From assembly GCA_035221665.1 (NCBI GenBank), contig CM069145.1, positions 25,668,001 through 25,732,000 on the forward strand: a stretch of DNA of 64,000 bases, in the 5' to 3' direction. The DNA comes from Okamejei kenojei (Eukaryota). Shown here piece after piece: positions 39,279 through 52,000 of this stretch. Below the pieces are notes generated by a model. That model did not search any database, was not told the DNA's origin, and saw only the letters and a list, made by a program, of their open reading frames with translations. Made by a program: the position numbers and the translations under genes. Positions within the stretch are counted from its first letter, which is position 1; each line of letters opens with the position of its first letter.

Positions 39279-40545
39279 CGGGGGATCCGGAGTAGCTTGA
39301 TGGCAACTGTGTGCTTTCTCTGCTTTATTTGCTAATGGATCGTAACGATGGCCATTTGGCTTAAAGATGACTGTGCTGAAGAAAAGGATGCCTTTGCTCT
39401 GTTTCTGATGGTGCTGACTATTCTTAGCCAGAATGCATGTCAACACAACTGCAGAACTGGAGCTGTTGACAATGACATTCACAGTTCAGCATCAGGATGG
39501 GTGAGCAGACATTTCCCTCAAACCCTGTGAAGTGAAAATCCACCTCTTGTGATTTTAATATGCTGGCTACCAGGTTATGATTGCCACCTGCCTTACACTG
39601 CTATTCTAATCTATTGCTGTAATCCATTTAAGCTTGAGTTTTACAAATGAAAGCAATGGTTTCAGTCATTGCTTCGGTCAACCACATTGAATTGAGAATT
39701 GCTTTTTTTTTAATTGTCAAGGAACAAGTGGAAATTCACAACTGTACTGTTTGCAGTTTGCTCATTTTCACCAAGGGGCCGCACTGTAGACTGTCAGCCA
39801 AGCCCTTGATGTGAAATGTAAATGCATACACTACTGGTATCTTTCTGTCTAATGATGTTTAGCACTTCAAATGGAAACATGCCATACCTTTATTACAATA
39901 CCTGTGATATGTATGCGTTATAATAAGATGTATGCTGTTTTCAGTTTCTATATAAAAAAAGCATAGCCTTAAAACAATGGGACTGGAGTAGGTTTATGAT
40001 CGAAAGATTTACGTGAGAGTTGAGCTTTCCAACGAGTGCAGGCAATATTTCACTTTAATCAATGTAAAGATTGCATTTAGTATCCATACATGTCAAACCA
40101 ATTTATTGTGAAGGACAATGTTGTGAAGAACTACTTATTTCGTGTCCATCTTCCACGTTTCAAATGTTGACGTCGCTGTCATCGTCCGTCCTGAAAAGGA
40201 TGCAAGCTTCCGGCGACAATCAGTGGGAGCCATCACTTGTCGCAATAGATGATGGTGGTGGCAGAATTAGCTCAGGATGCTTCCAGTTTCCAGCCCCGCA
40301 ACGGGGACGCTTCTGCTGTGGGGCCTGTGAAGAACTGACGTTCCTTGGAGAAATCTGTTAAAACTTCACTGAAGAAACAGACCAAGCAATTTAATGTGAA
40401 TTCTGGGTGTCCACATTCACATGGTTATTTTGCAACCTTTTCACACATTTTTAATAATTCTCATAAACGAGAACAGGAGAGAGAGAGAGAGAATGGTTTA
40501 TTCAGTCGTCTGTAAGCAAATAAAGTGTATCAGTGACCCAGTGAA
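39279..40545 (+). other. RGS10: Probable RGS10 3' UTR with candidate polyadenylation signal AATAAA at 40519-40524
   Basis: Largely repeat-free ~1.25 kb after the stop codon; the first AATAAA I could find downstream. The end point is inferred. Confidence 0.5.
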
Positions 40546-41929
40546 CTCTGTCAACTGCAAGGTATTTTGCTCATGGCTATTCTCATTTTTAAGTTGTTTT
40601 ATAAATAATAAGATTTTCTAAGAGTAGTAACGACATCAAAGATCAATGAAAAGTTATATGGTTGTAAATTTGCATCTGCTTGTGCTGCGTAATTGTGCCT
40701 TCATTAATCCCTGCAACACTATATTTTATTGCTCTACAATATGCTGCTAAAATGAGGAATGCTGAGCACTCAAATCTTCAAATCTGCGACAAGGTGAATT
40801 GATGTATAAACTAAAGATACATTCAACAATTACAACATTTTATATTTGGATGGAAGTTTTGATCACCTGTTTTATATCTACCTTTGATGTTGATGCTTGA
40901 ATGAAGTAGCCTTTGCAAATGCTAGTAAAATCAACAAAAGCACTATTGAGTAGGAGGTGCTGACATGGCTTCATGGTCTCAATGTCCTCTCCCTGTGCAG
41001 CACCATGCAATGATGTGGAGCTGTTTCTTCCCCCGACTACAATCAGTCTGAAGAAGGTTCCAGACCCGAAACATCGACTATCCATGTCCTCCAGAGATGT
41101 TACCAGACCATCAGAGTTACTACAGCACATTATGTCTCCTTTTGTAAACCAACATCTGCAGTTCCTTGTTTCACTTATTTCACAGGTAAAATAATGGAAA
41201 GAAAAGATTCATAATCATGAGTTTGAATATTTAAATTAAATGCAGAAAAACAATGTTATCTACTGATATGATGGCCATTTTTCACTAATCTCAGTGGAAA
41301 TAAAATTGCATTCTCAGGTCCCATTTGTACTTGTGTTTTCCACTAATGATTTTAGCAAGGCCGAGTGTCCTTTGGAAAATCATTGCATTTACATCATTGA
41401 TAATCGTCAGTGTTAGGCTGAGTTTTCACATGAGCCTTTATTGTTTATTTTCTGCTGCATTGCTGTTAAGTATTGCACTTCAAAAATGTTAATCCTTTGT
41501 GAAAGGCAACTTGAACAACCAGTGGTAATGTCATTCACCGAAATGCCAGTTATCACAATTTGCTTTAGCTTATTTCTGAACTATTAATTTCATCTTGTTT
41601 CTTTCCGGTGAGTGCAAAGGGGTAGAAGCATTTCTTGTGGAACTGTCCTCAGATGTTTACGTTACATGGTGAATTCAGTCTGATTTAAGTCGTCGTCAGC
41701 ATTGCTTCAATACTAGCTATATTTGCCTCTGCCGGAACCTGGGTGTAGAGTATCTTGTTTTGGTATTCAATATTCACAAGCTGCACAGAACCTGTTCATG
41801 TTGTCTCGTTAATACTTTGAAATTATCAAATCTGCAACTGTGAGAAGGCACAGATGGCTACCATGAAGCGCTTTCAAGAATCCCCAATAATGACAAATAG
41901 AACAATTGCGGCAGATTTACATTTAACCA

Positions 41930-42408
41930 TTCCAGAAAGGCAGACCTATAACATCCTGAAGCCGCGGTCTGCGGAGCTTCTAGCCGCGGGCACGGCGTTG
42001 GTTTACCATCCGGAGCCTTGGATCCCCCACCAGGGATAGCCAGACAAGAGCTCCGACCGCTGGTCTGCGGCCTACAACATCCTGAAGCCGTGGTCTCCGG
42101 TAAGAAAGTGCCGATTCGGGACCTCCAAGCCGCGGAGTGTGTTTGACCATCCCAACGAGAGGGCCTGTACATCCGGCCGTCTGTAGCGGCGACTGCTGAG
42201 GGTTTTATGGTCTCGACCATGGGTGAACAAGGAGGAGGACTGACTGAACTTTGCGCCTCCCACCACAGTGAATAATGCTGTGGTGGATGTTTGTGTTCAA
42301 TCTTATAGTGTATTGTGTGTTCTTTTTTAATTGTACAGCTGCTGGCAAATTCATTTCACTGCACCTTCGGTTGTATGTGACAAATAAAATGGACTATTGA
42401 CTATTGAG
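41930..42408 (+). mobile_element. Non-autonomous retroposon with GC-rich internal repeats and (CTATTGA)n tail
   Basis: Repeated ccta(t/c)aacatcctgaagccg(c/t)ggtct; 3' end gtatgtgacaaataaa...ctattgactattga resembles LINE-mobilised tails elsewhere in the window. Confidence 0.5.
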
Positions 42409-43827
42409 ATCTATGGGGCACTGCCTAATATGTGGTCCAATGGTATGTGGCAGATATGGAACTTTTTTCACACTCTGTAAAAGCTAACATTAAGGTTGGC
42501 TTTGATATTGATGCAGACAAACAGGAATATATGTAATAAAAGCTCATTTATTCTGTGAAAATCCGACTGCCAATTTTAAATGGAGGTTAAGGTATGTTAT
42601 TAATTTGTTTTAGATGTCATTACGGTGAAATCTAACTTTTGCCAATTACTGCACTCTCAATCATCTGTAAATTGAGGAAAGATGTTGTCCTCGGAACTAT
42701 CAAGCAACCTGCTCACCAGCACCCTGTTTAGATTCTGCCAAAATCATTCCGGCCGTAGAGCTGAATTACAGTTGAGAGTGACTGTCCTTAACATGAAAGT
42801 AGCACGAGACAGATAGCCGCATCAAGGAACTCTGGTGAAACTGTGTCTGCGTTTGGAGGAATGTGATCGATGTGTGGAATCATTTATACCTCAAAGGAAG
42901 ATTGGATTTGGTTGTTGGAAGTTGCTTTTGTCCTAAACTCAACCAGTTTTTCATTGCTTCATTAAGATCCCTCCTCCTTCAAAGTTTGGCTTGTTTCAAA
43001 AGATTAATTCTATTTTCAAATTTACATGAAATTAAGCACTGCTTGTTTGCATACAACAAACGCTAGGCAACATTTAAGCATGGGCAAATAATATTAATAC
43101 ATCTCCAGTGCTTCTTTTTTGTAGACAAAAATGTGCCATCATACACAATTAATAAATATACATGTCACGTGGCCAGAAAATAAAACAATGACGTTAAACG
43201 TTCTGGATGAGCCCGCACGCCATATTGGTGTGTACCATTGCAAGAATAACACTAGTCATCTCCAATGAGAGATCCAGTTACTTACCCCCAACATTCAACA
43301 ACATCACTCTCTCCATTGTTCCCTGCCATCCACAGCCTGGGAATAATCATTGACTAGAAATGCATCTGGTCTAACCATGATCATGCTGTAGCTATTAAGG
43401 CAAGTCAGAGACTCTTTACTCTGAAGTGGGTGACTTATTTTCTCACACCACAAAGTCTTTCCACAATTTACAAGCTGTTCCTCACTGAATGGACGAGTAC
43501 ATTTCAACAACACCAGAAAAAAACCTCAAAACCTCTCAAGACAGAACAATTTGTGGCCTTGAATCTCATCAAATGCTCTAAACTTGTTTTACGTTGCTGA
43601 AGATTATATAAAATGTAAAATTGTCCCCAGTGTGTGTAGGATAGTGTTAGTGTGCTGGGATTGCTGGTCAGAGCGGACTCGATGGGCCGAAGGGCCTGTT
43701 TCTGCGCTGTATTTCTAAAAAATAATAAATAAATCAATGAGACTGATGTGTAAGATGCAATGGAATTTTGACCTTATTTGACTGCTTCTGATCACTCCAG
43801 TTGTCCTGAATGTTGGCTGCAATGTTA

Positions 43828-44140
43828 AACCCCCGTCTCACGGTGCGAGTTGGCCCACGAGTGACCCAGAGTTTTCACTCGTGGTGATCACGTAGCGGGA
43901 ACGTTGGAACTCGCACGAGCAACTTATCGACCCGTGGCGCTAACGGCAGGTACTCGGGAAACTTGTTAACTCGTGAAAAAAATCAAACATGTTTGATTTT
44001 TTTCCACGAGTCAAATTAACTGTTCAAGTTAAAAATGGAAACATTTAAACTCGTTGCAATAACATCGTGGCCCGTGCGTTTACCTTAGTGTCTCGTGAGT
44101 CTACCGTGGGAACTTTCTTATAATCTGTTCGTTCGCTCGA
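43828..44140. mobile_element. Truncated CpG-rich MITE-like fragment
   Basis: Starts aaacccccgtctcacggtgcgag, with repeated ctcgtg/cacgag motifs and a central aaaaaaatcaaacatgtttgatttttt palindrome; no second terminus seen. Confidence 0.45.
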
Positions 44141-44566
44141 GTAAAGACTGAACCAAAGATAGACACAAAATGCCGGAGTAATTACATGTGGTTAAGTTAC
44201 ATGTGGCTCCGGGAGGTAAAGAGGCTTGAGAAATATAAATGCTGAAATACGCGCGGATCAACGCGGGGTATTCAGAGCTGAAAGTTGCAATGAAATGAGA
44301 TTGAACAAGATGACTTTGACACAAAAAGCTGGAGTAACTCAGCGGGACAGGCGGCAGGAGAGAAAGAAAAATGCAGAAAAAGTGAAACTATCGCCAGGGA
44401 AAATCGAGAACTTCTTGGCTCCCTTCGCCTCAGACCTAAACGCAGCGATCCCCCCTTCTCTGTGTTATGTGTGTCAACATGCATTCATTCCTGAATTCAG
44501 AGAAAAAGGCGAATGTATTCCCCCCCTCGCCCCCCGAAAACAAACATAATCCACGTTCCCAAACAC

Positions 44567-44664
44567 CAGTCCGAAGAAGGGTCTCAACCCGAAACGTCAC
44601 CCATCCCTTCTCTCCAGAGATGCTGCCTGTCCTGCTGAGTTACTCCAGCTTTTTGTGTCTATTT
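44567..44664 (+). mobile_element. Short Penelope-derived insert with 11-bp duplication and a CCGA-variant hammerhead
   Basis: TTCCCAAACAC at 44556-44566 and 44665-44675; motif ccgaagaagggtctcaacccgaaacgtc. Confidence 0.75.
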
Positions 44665-47570
44665 TTCCCAAACACTCGTTAGAATCAAGAAGCCATCTCT
44701 TGGGCTTTATGTATGAGGACCATCTCCACTTTCAGGCTTTTTCTGGAGGGATTAAAACTAATTAAATGTGTGGAACAAACTAAAAATGCAAAACTGGAAA
44801 TAAAATTAAGTTTGTCTAAATATCAAATGCGCATGCATTGCAATTTGCAGCGGAGACACTGGATAGAAAGTATTCAGTAGCGCGCACACCACACACACAG
44901 ATGTCCTACTTCCCGCTGTTAAGTTACTATTTGCTTTCAGTGTTTTTGTTTTATCTCTTCTTGTATTCCAGCTGGAGCTGTATTTTCACCGGCTCGCCAA
45001 CTCCCCCCCCCCCCCCCCCCCCCCCAAACTCAGGAACTTGGAATTCGCGAGAACTATTTTGTTTTGGTCTTAAAAAAGAACAACATTTTTAGTTAATCGG
45101 TCGAAGGCTGTGGTTTGGCGAGAGATTTAGATTTGAAATGCAGGGGGATGATATTTCGCGGAGTTACCCAGCAGTAGGCAACCCAAGAGCCTAAAGTTGT
45201 AGGACAACTTGTTCTATTTGATCTTATTTGATTGTGCACGGCAGGTTGATTGCATTCATCGAAACAGGGTGGAATGTGAAGGTTGCAATCTCCCACGCCG
45301 GGCAGTGCATGATGGAGTGGAGCTCAACGTGATTACACAAAATGCACCAGCATCAAACCCAATCACTGCACACACTAACCCAACCTGAAGCTGAGGGCCC
45401 GTAACACCAGAGACGATTCTTATCCAGGGTATCACTGGGCCACAAATGCAGCACGTTAATTTGACCCAGCACTGAGTGTCCTGGGATCTCGTGTAAGAAC
45501 ATAGCATGTGGCAGAGTATACTGTCTACATCCTAGTTTCTACTTCATCATTCAATAACATTAATGTTGAACCTTTGTCTCAGTGTCACTTTTTCAGTGAC
45601 TCAATCTCCCGTTTTTTTCATTTTGTCTCGTTCTCTCTGTCTTTCGCTCCATCTGCCCATCATCACATGTTACACCTGTCACCTGTTGATCCATTCTCAC
45701 CCCTCTGTCTTACCTCTTTACACGGGCTTTCTCCCCTCTGCCCTTTCCGTCATGATGCATGGTCTCTATCTAAGATTCTGATAATAATTTCCCTTTCTGA
45801 CTTTAGACTTTAGAGATACAGCGTGGAAACGGGCTCTTCTATCTACTGAGTCCGCGCCGACCAGCAACCACCCCGTACATACACCAGGAGCAATTTTACC
45901 AAAGCCAATTAACCTATAATCCTGCACGTCTTTAGAGTGCAGTTCACCGAAGTGACAAGGAACCACATATGCTAATTTATACTAAGCGCCAAGTCTCCAG
46001 GCTACGCAGCATTTCTGGAGGACATGGACAGGTGACGTTTCGGGTTGAACCCCTTCAATAGGATGGGTCCCAACTTGAAACCTCACCTGTCCATGTTCTC
46101 CAGAGATGCTGCCTGTCCCGTTGATTTGCTCCAGTACTTTGTGTCCTTCACAGAAGTTGCCTGACCTGCGCAGATCCTCCAAACAATCTATTTACTGGTG
46201 TTGATTACAGCATCTGCACCCCTTTGTGTCACTAAATGTTCTACAGCCTGTTTCCTCTGTCTCTCTTTTCTTACATTTGTTTCCAATGGATCTGTGTTGA
46301 CATTCTTGAATATCTGAAAAGATTAAACAGTAAAAAGGAAGAGTGATTCTCTTAAAAAGTAGATTCTAGCTTAACGTGGTTGCACATAATAGTCATATGA
46401 AATGGGAGGCAGTGTAAAATCTACCATGCTCCCTGCATTGGAACAGGTTGATTGTGCATCAAGATCTTTATGCTTCTTGACAAATTATAAAATATAACCC
46501 CCTTGGAATTTTGCTAGATTTCTTTGTTGAAGAGGATTAGGCAGTAGAATAATAAAATTGAGAGCGATATCTTTAACAGTGCAAATTATTTCTTCAAAGT
46601 AGTCTGATGAAGAGTTAAAATGTCACCTGTCCCTGTTCTCCAGGCATGCTTCCTGACCACTGAGTTACTCCAACATTTTGTGTCATTCCAAATAATTTAT
46701 TTTTAACTTTAGAATCTAGGTGCCTATCAAAATACTGAGATGCTGCTAATACGTTTTATTCTTCACAAATCTCTATGTTATTTGAAATATTTCTCCAGTT
46801 GCTCCAGTTAAGGCTTTACATGATAGATTAAAATCTCCCCATCTTAACTACAAGTCTGTAGACAATGTTGTTTTTACTATTCTGGTTTGGGTCTTTGTCA
46901 AGCACCAGGGAAAACTTTCCAACTATGTAGCGGTGGAAGGAGGTTTTGAGTCCAAGCCAGTCTGTCTTTCATTTGGGGTGTTGAAGAGAATAGACTACTT
47001 GGGCCCACTGTGCGTGCTTGCACAGTCCTGCAAAACTTACATCTGAAGTTGAACATATTTTGTTTAAATAAGTTTTAAATTAAAATTTTTACTGATGTTG
47101 CTGATTCCACCACAAGACATTATTAATAGACAACATTAAAAAATGTAGGCAGCAATTTTACGCTTTCTTATTTCTTCCCCCATTTGGTAGAATTGAATAT
47201 TGTATTCATTACAGCTTGCAGGGAATTTTAAACACACACTTTGGGAATGTTGCCAGCTTGTCAACTGCTTCATGAAAAGAAACAATGAACCCTGCTCATT
47301 AATAAGTAAATTAGGTAGGTGCAATCTGGTTGTAAAATGTAGTAATTGTAACTGATTATGCAGTGAATGACAATCCTGATTAAGTAAATTGATATTATAG
47401 GGATATTCTCAAGTATGGTTATCTACAGTCAAACTAATGCTAAAAAAAGATTTATGTTTATAGAGGCTTTTATAATATAACCTCCATATGTCTCAAAACT
47501 CTTAACAGGCAATTAGTTACTTTCAGAAACAATAGTGATTTTGCTTTGGCAAATACAGAAGTCATCTGTA

Positions 47571-47785
47571 CAGTGGCACAGCTGTAGAGTTGCTGCCTTA
47601 CAGCGCCAGAGCTCGGGTACGATCATGACCGTGGGTGCTGCCCGTATGGAGCTTGTGCGTTCTCCCTGTGACTCCGTGGGTTTTCTCCGGGAGCCCCAGT
47701 TTCCTCCCACATTCCATGTGTGCAGGTTTGTAGGTTAATTGGTCTCTGGCGGTGTAAGGCAGCAACCCCACCGCTGCACCACTGA
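47571..47785 (+). mobile_element. tRNA-derived V-SINE (HE1-like); other copies at ~3730-3860, 16981-17515(-), 43610-43720, 45805-45940(-), 51445-51745(-), 60399-60464+62748-62992, 63325-63605(-)
   Basis: Head tggcacagctgtagagttgctgcc...gggtacgatc (A/B-box-like) followed by the V-domain-like ggag(t/c)ttg...gttctccctgtgac...gtgggtttt...cagtttcctcccaca. Confidence 0.75.
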
Positions 47786-47867
47786 GCATTGGAGTGCAAC
47801 AGGACCAACACTTTAGTTACTTTATGTTATCTTGAGTATTTCAAATTATTTGTCAGTATTTTATCAC

Positions 47868-49039
47868 TAGAGCCAGGATTTTGCCATAAATGCCATGTGC
47901 CTTTTCTTGCATTTTTTGATGATTTCACCAAGATAATGCCTTTTTCACAATCGTGCCTAAATCAGCCTTTTTTTGCCGTTTTGCTAAAAACTATTTTCTC
48001 TAGTTTTATCATGATCACAATGACGTTTTCTATGTTAACACGTTAATATAAATATTATTATTAACGTGTTAACATAGTATAACTTACAAGAAAATTTCCA
48101 CCACAGAGGTGAAACCGGTGGCGCCACCTTTGGTCATTCATTAGTTCGTGCCGCTACCCGCTGGTTCAGTCTTCTCCAAGATCTATTTAAGAAAGAACTG
48201 CAGATGCTGGAAATATCGAAGGTAGACAAAAAATGCTGGAGAAACTCAGCAGGTGAGGAAGCATCTATGGAGAGAAGGAATAGGCGGTGTTTCGGGTCGA
48301 GACCCTTCTTCAGACTGATGTGGAGGGGGGGGGGGGGATAAAGAAAGGAAGAGGTGGACACAGTAGGACTATAAGGAGAGCTGGGAAGGGGAGGGGGAGG
48401 AGGGAGAAGACAAGGGCTATCTAAAATTAGAGAAGTCAATGTTGATACCACTGGGGTGTAGACCTCCCAAGCAAAATACCCAAGCTTGTCTCCTCACTAC
48501 ATTTACTGCTGGCTCCAGTCGCAAATCTGAGTTTTCGAGTGATCTATGCAAGGCATTCATGGATGCTGGAATTTCACTGTGGAAATTGGAAAATACAAGG
48601 AAAATGTGAGAGTGATTTTAGCTGACAAAGATCTTGTAGAAATACAAAACATAGCTAAATTTCTCAAAGGTAGTTGTAATGCACAAGATATCGAAATGAA
48701 TATAGAGTATGTAGCTTGTTTCGGGTATGCACCAGTCACCTCAGCTGAGGTAGAAAGACGTTTTTCCACAACTGAAGCATATTCTGTCTGACAGACGGCA
48801 TAGTTTAACACTAGATAATTTGAATAAAATGCTAGTAATTATGTGCAACCAGGCTACTTTGGTCATTTAATGTAGTATACCTTTATATTATAATTTGTAA
48901 CCATATTTTTGTGGTGGAAATACATGCCTTTTTATGCCTTTTTTTGTCAATAAATGCCTTTTGTGCCTTTTTTGTAATTTTATTATGCCTTTTTGCCTGC
49001 CCATTTCAGAGTTTTTAGTGCCTAAACATCCTGGCTCTA
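47868..49039 (+). mobile_element. Internally deleted hAT transposon with transposase C-terminal fragment
   Basis: Perfect 12-bp TIR TAGAGCCAGGAT/ATCCTGGCTCTA and 8-bp TSD tttatcac/tttattac (1 mismatch). Subterminal tgccttttt repeats. Encodes YAPVTSAEVERRFS then, after a frameshift, QLKHILSDRRHSLTLDNLNKMLVIMCN (hAT dimerisation motif). Confidence 0.88.
48185..48480 (-). mobile_element. Penelope-like 3' fragment nested in the hAT element
   Basis: Same 3' UTR family as 26158-26278; hammerhead-like motif at ~48286-48313 (minus) with an altered cleavage triplet. Confidence 0.75.
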
Positions 49040-52000
49040 TTTATTACATTGTTAATAAAAAATAATACGTTTGAAATGTTGAACGCGAGCTCCACGATGT
49101 TAAATTCCGCAGGCTCCCGTGGTTGAGGTCCAAAGTCGATCGTCGACAAGGATAGCAAGCTCTACGATGTTAAGTCCCGCAGGCTCCCGAAGTCGGTCTC
49201 CAGCAGAGGCCGCCAACTCCTCGATGTTAGGCCGCAGTGCGGACGGAGATACGATACAGAAATAATTGCATCTCTGTCGAGGTGAGAGATTAAAAAAAAA
49301 GATTTTCCCACTAGCGGAAACATCCTCTCCACTTTCACTCTATCCAGCCCTTCCACTATTTGATAAGTTTCAAAAGAGGTTCCCCCCTCATCCTTCTAAA
49401 CTCCAGCGAGTACAGGCCCAGTGCTGTGAAATGCTCATCACATGTTAACCCACTCACACACTAAATTGATGAGGAAACTGAAAGCCCATTGGATTTGAGG
49501 GCAAGATAAATTGGATTCAATTTGGTATGAAAAAGCAAATGAAAGGCTTTCACATAACAATAATAAACCAAAACCTGATACTCCCTGTCGTACACACACA
49601 AATGTAAGACCACATTCTGGATCATTCTTTTTGTCCAACTTCAACTCTCCTATTCACTCTGCCCCCACTCCACTTTCACTTATAAAGCAATTTGGTCTCA
49701 TTAAGGCTGCATCGCACACTATCCATCACATGCTACCTTCAATTTCTCACTGCCATAAATCATGTCTGTTTGCACACATCTATCAGTTCTGCTTACTGGG
49801 ATAATTTTATCAAATCCTACTGTATAGGTGACAAATTAAGATGAAGAGGATAAAAAAAACTTTAATAGTGATTGAAAGATCACAAAACGTGGGAAAAAAT
49901 ATTCTTCACAAATCCAAATATATTGTCATACAGAGGTTCTTATGGATATTCAGCCAATAATATCCATGTTACAAACACTTTAATGATATATCTATCAAAT
50001 TGGCCATTGTTAATGTGCTCATTTTACAGTGATATATATTTTAAACAATCTTTTATTCTAATCTCTTGAACTCAACTCCGTGCCATGTAACAGCACATCT
50101 TTGTTACTGGTTATTAAAGAAATCTGTTTTGCATGTATTCATTTACAGATGTTGAGAGATATGCACGGAATCAAGCTAAAACGCAGCTCATGGTTTGTTA
50201 GCATAATCCAAAAATACATTCATATCCTGTCGCACTAAAATGGCTTGAAGTGCGACTCATGCTCTGTCAAATAATGTGGTCATGTCCAATTGCACCAGAT
50301 CAGTCTATGACGTGGCTTCACCTTGCCCTGCTCGGGCATTCTGAAACATGACTACTGCTCTGTTTCTTGAGGTGGATTAAAACACTGAATATCCCCACAC
50401 GCAAATAGAGCAAAGGCTAAAGTAGCTCATGGGACATTGGACTAGGATAGTTTTAAAATATTTCAATGAGGCATGCTGTCCCAGAGAGAGAATTTTGTAT
50501 TTCATCACGACTCCAAGATAAATGACAATATAACGAGATTGTTAACAAAAAACACATTCAGGTGCCTTTTAAAAGACATTATATGTTTCATAAAAATATA
50601 GAAACTCATGGTGTTGAGGAAGCCATTTCTTATAGGTAATGAGGCTTTAAGTAATAACACAGGAAGCTTTTACATGCGGTAAGGGTTTTCTTCGCATTAG
50701 ACTTCTAGGCAGTGACACTGAGACTCCCACTACTCACTGAGTGTAGAAAATATTACTTAAACTATAAGCCTTGCACTAGCTCACTTAAATCTATATTCCC
50801 TGGTTATTGTTCATTGTGCTCAGGGAAATAGAGTGTTCCTATTAACTGTCTGGAAATCTCATAATGTTATGCATATGTATCAAATCTATTCTTATTCCAT
50901 TATTGGTGTTGGTTTATTATTGTCATGTGTAGGGATATAAAGTGAAAAACATTGTTTTGTGTTCTATGAAGCCAAATTGTACTACACACGCAGAGGGTGC
51001 AAGAGAGAAAAGTGAACGGTGCAGGAAATGGTGTAGCAGCCACAGAGAAAGTGCAGGTTAAAAAAAGTAGAATGGCCTCAATGAGTTAGAGAGGATGATT
51101 GGGAATACATCCTTTCAAGAGGTCCATTCGGGATTATGATAAGAAGCTTTTCTTTTATCTATTGGAATGCTCTTTCAAGCTTTTGTATGTGCTTTGTCTG
51201 ATAAGAGAGGGGAGAAGAGAGAATGACTGGGGTGTGAATGGTCCATGATTAAGTTGGCTGCTTTCCCGAGGCAGGGTGAAGTATAAGTGGAATAGTTGCA
51301 GTTGGTGTGGGTGGATTTGCTTGATGGACTCTGCAGCATGCGCAAGTCTGCAATTTAGAGCGGTTTTGAGCCAAATAGTTGCCATACCAAGCTGATTGTC
51401 TTCAGATAGGAAGCTTTTTGCAGAACATCTGTAGAAATTGTTAATAGTTTAGAGAGCGACAGCATGGAGACAGGCCCTTCAGCCCACATTGTCCGCGCCA
51501 AACAATGATCACCCGCACCCTAGTTCCATGCTATCCCAGTTTTACATCCTACACATTTGGGACAATTTTCAGAGACAACTAACTTACAAACCTGCACATC
51601 TTTGGAATGTGGTAGGAAACTAGTGCATCTTGAGGGAGCCCACATGGTCACTGGGAGAACGTACAAACTCCGTTCAGACAGCGTCCGCAGTCAGGATGGA
51701 ACACGGGACCCTCACGTTTCAGCCAGCAACTGCCGCTGCGCTACTGATCTGCCCACGTTCGGGGCTCCATCTGGGCCAAATGCTTTCGATGAGTTCACTC
51801 TCAGGATGGCCTAGGCTCTCGGGGTCAGTGATGCCTTTCTGCTGACCTTCTGTCAAAGTCTGTTTCCTCATCGTATCTATAAACTAAAGCAAGCAAGTCC
51901 TGAGAGACTTATTGCTCTCTGGCTGAGGAAGGGTTGCAGCTACCCTTAGCTTGTTTGGCCTCCAAGTGACTCTATTCCCTCATTCTTTGTTGCTGAAGTA

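Noticed and set aside
39027-39482. 151-aa minus-strand ORF over the last RGS10 exon
   Set aside because: Antisense shadow of a coding exon plus UTR, with no protein-like features.
47571-47630. tRNA-like sequence (also ~3730 and ~60399)
   Set aside because: A/B-box-like heads of V-SINEs, continuing into SINE body without a complete cloverleaf.
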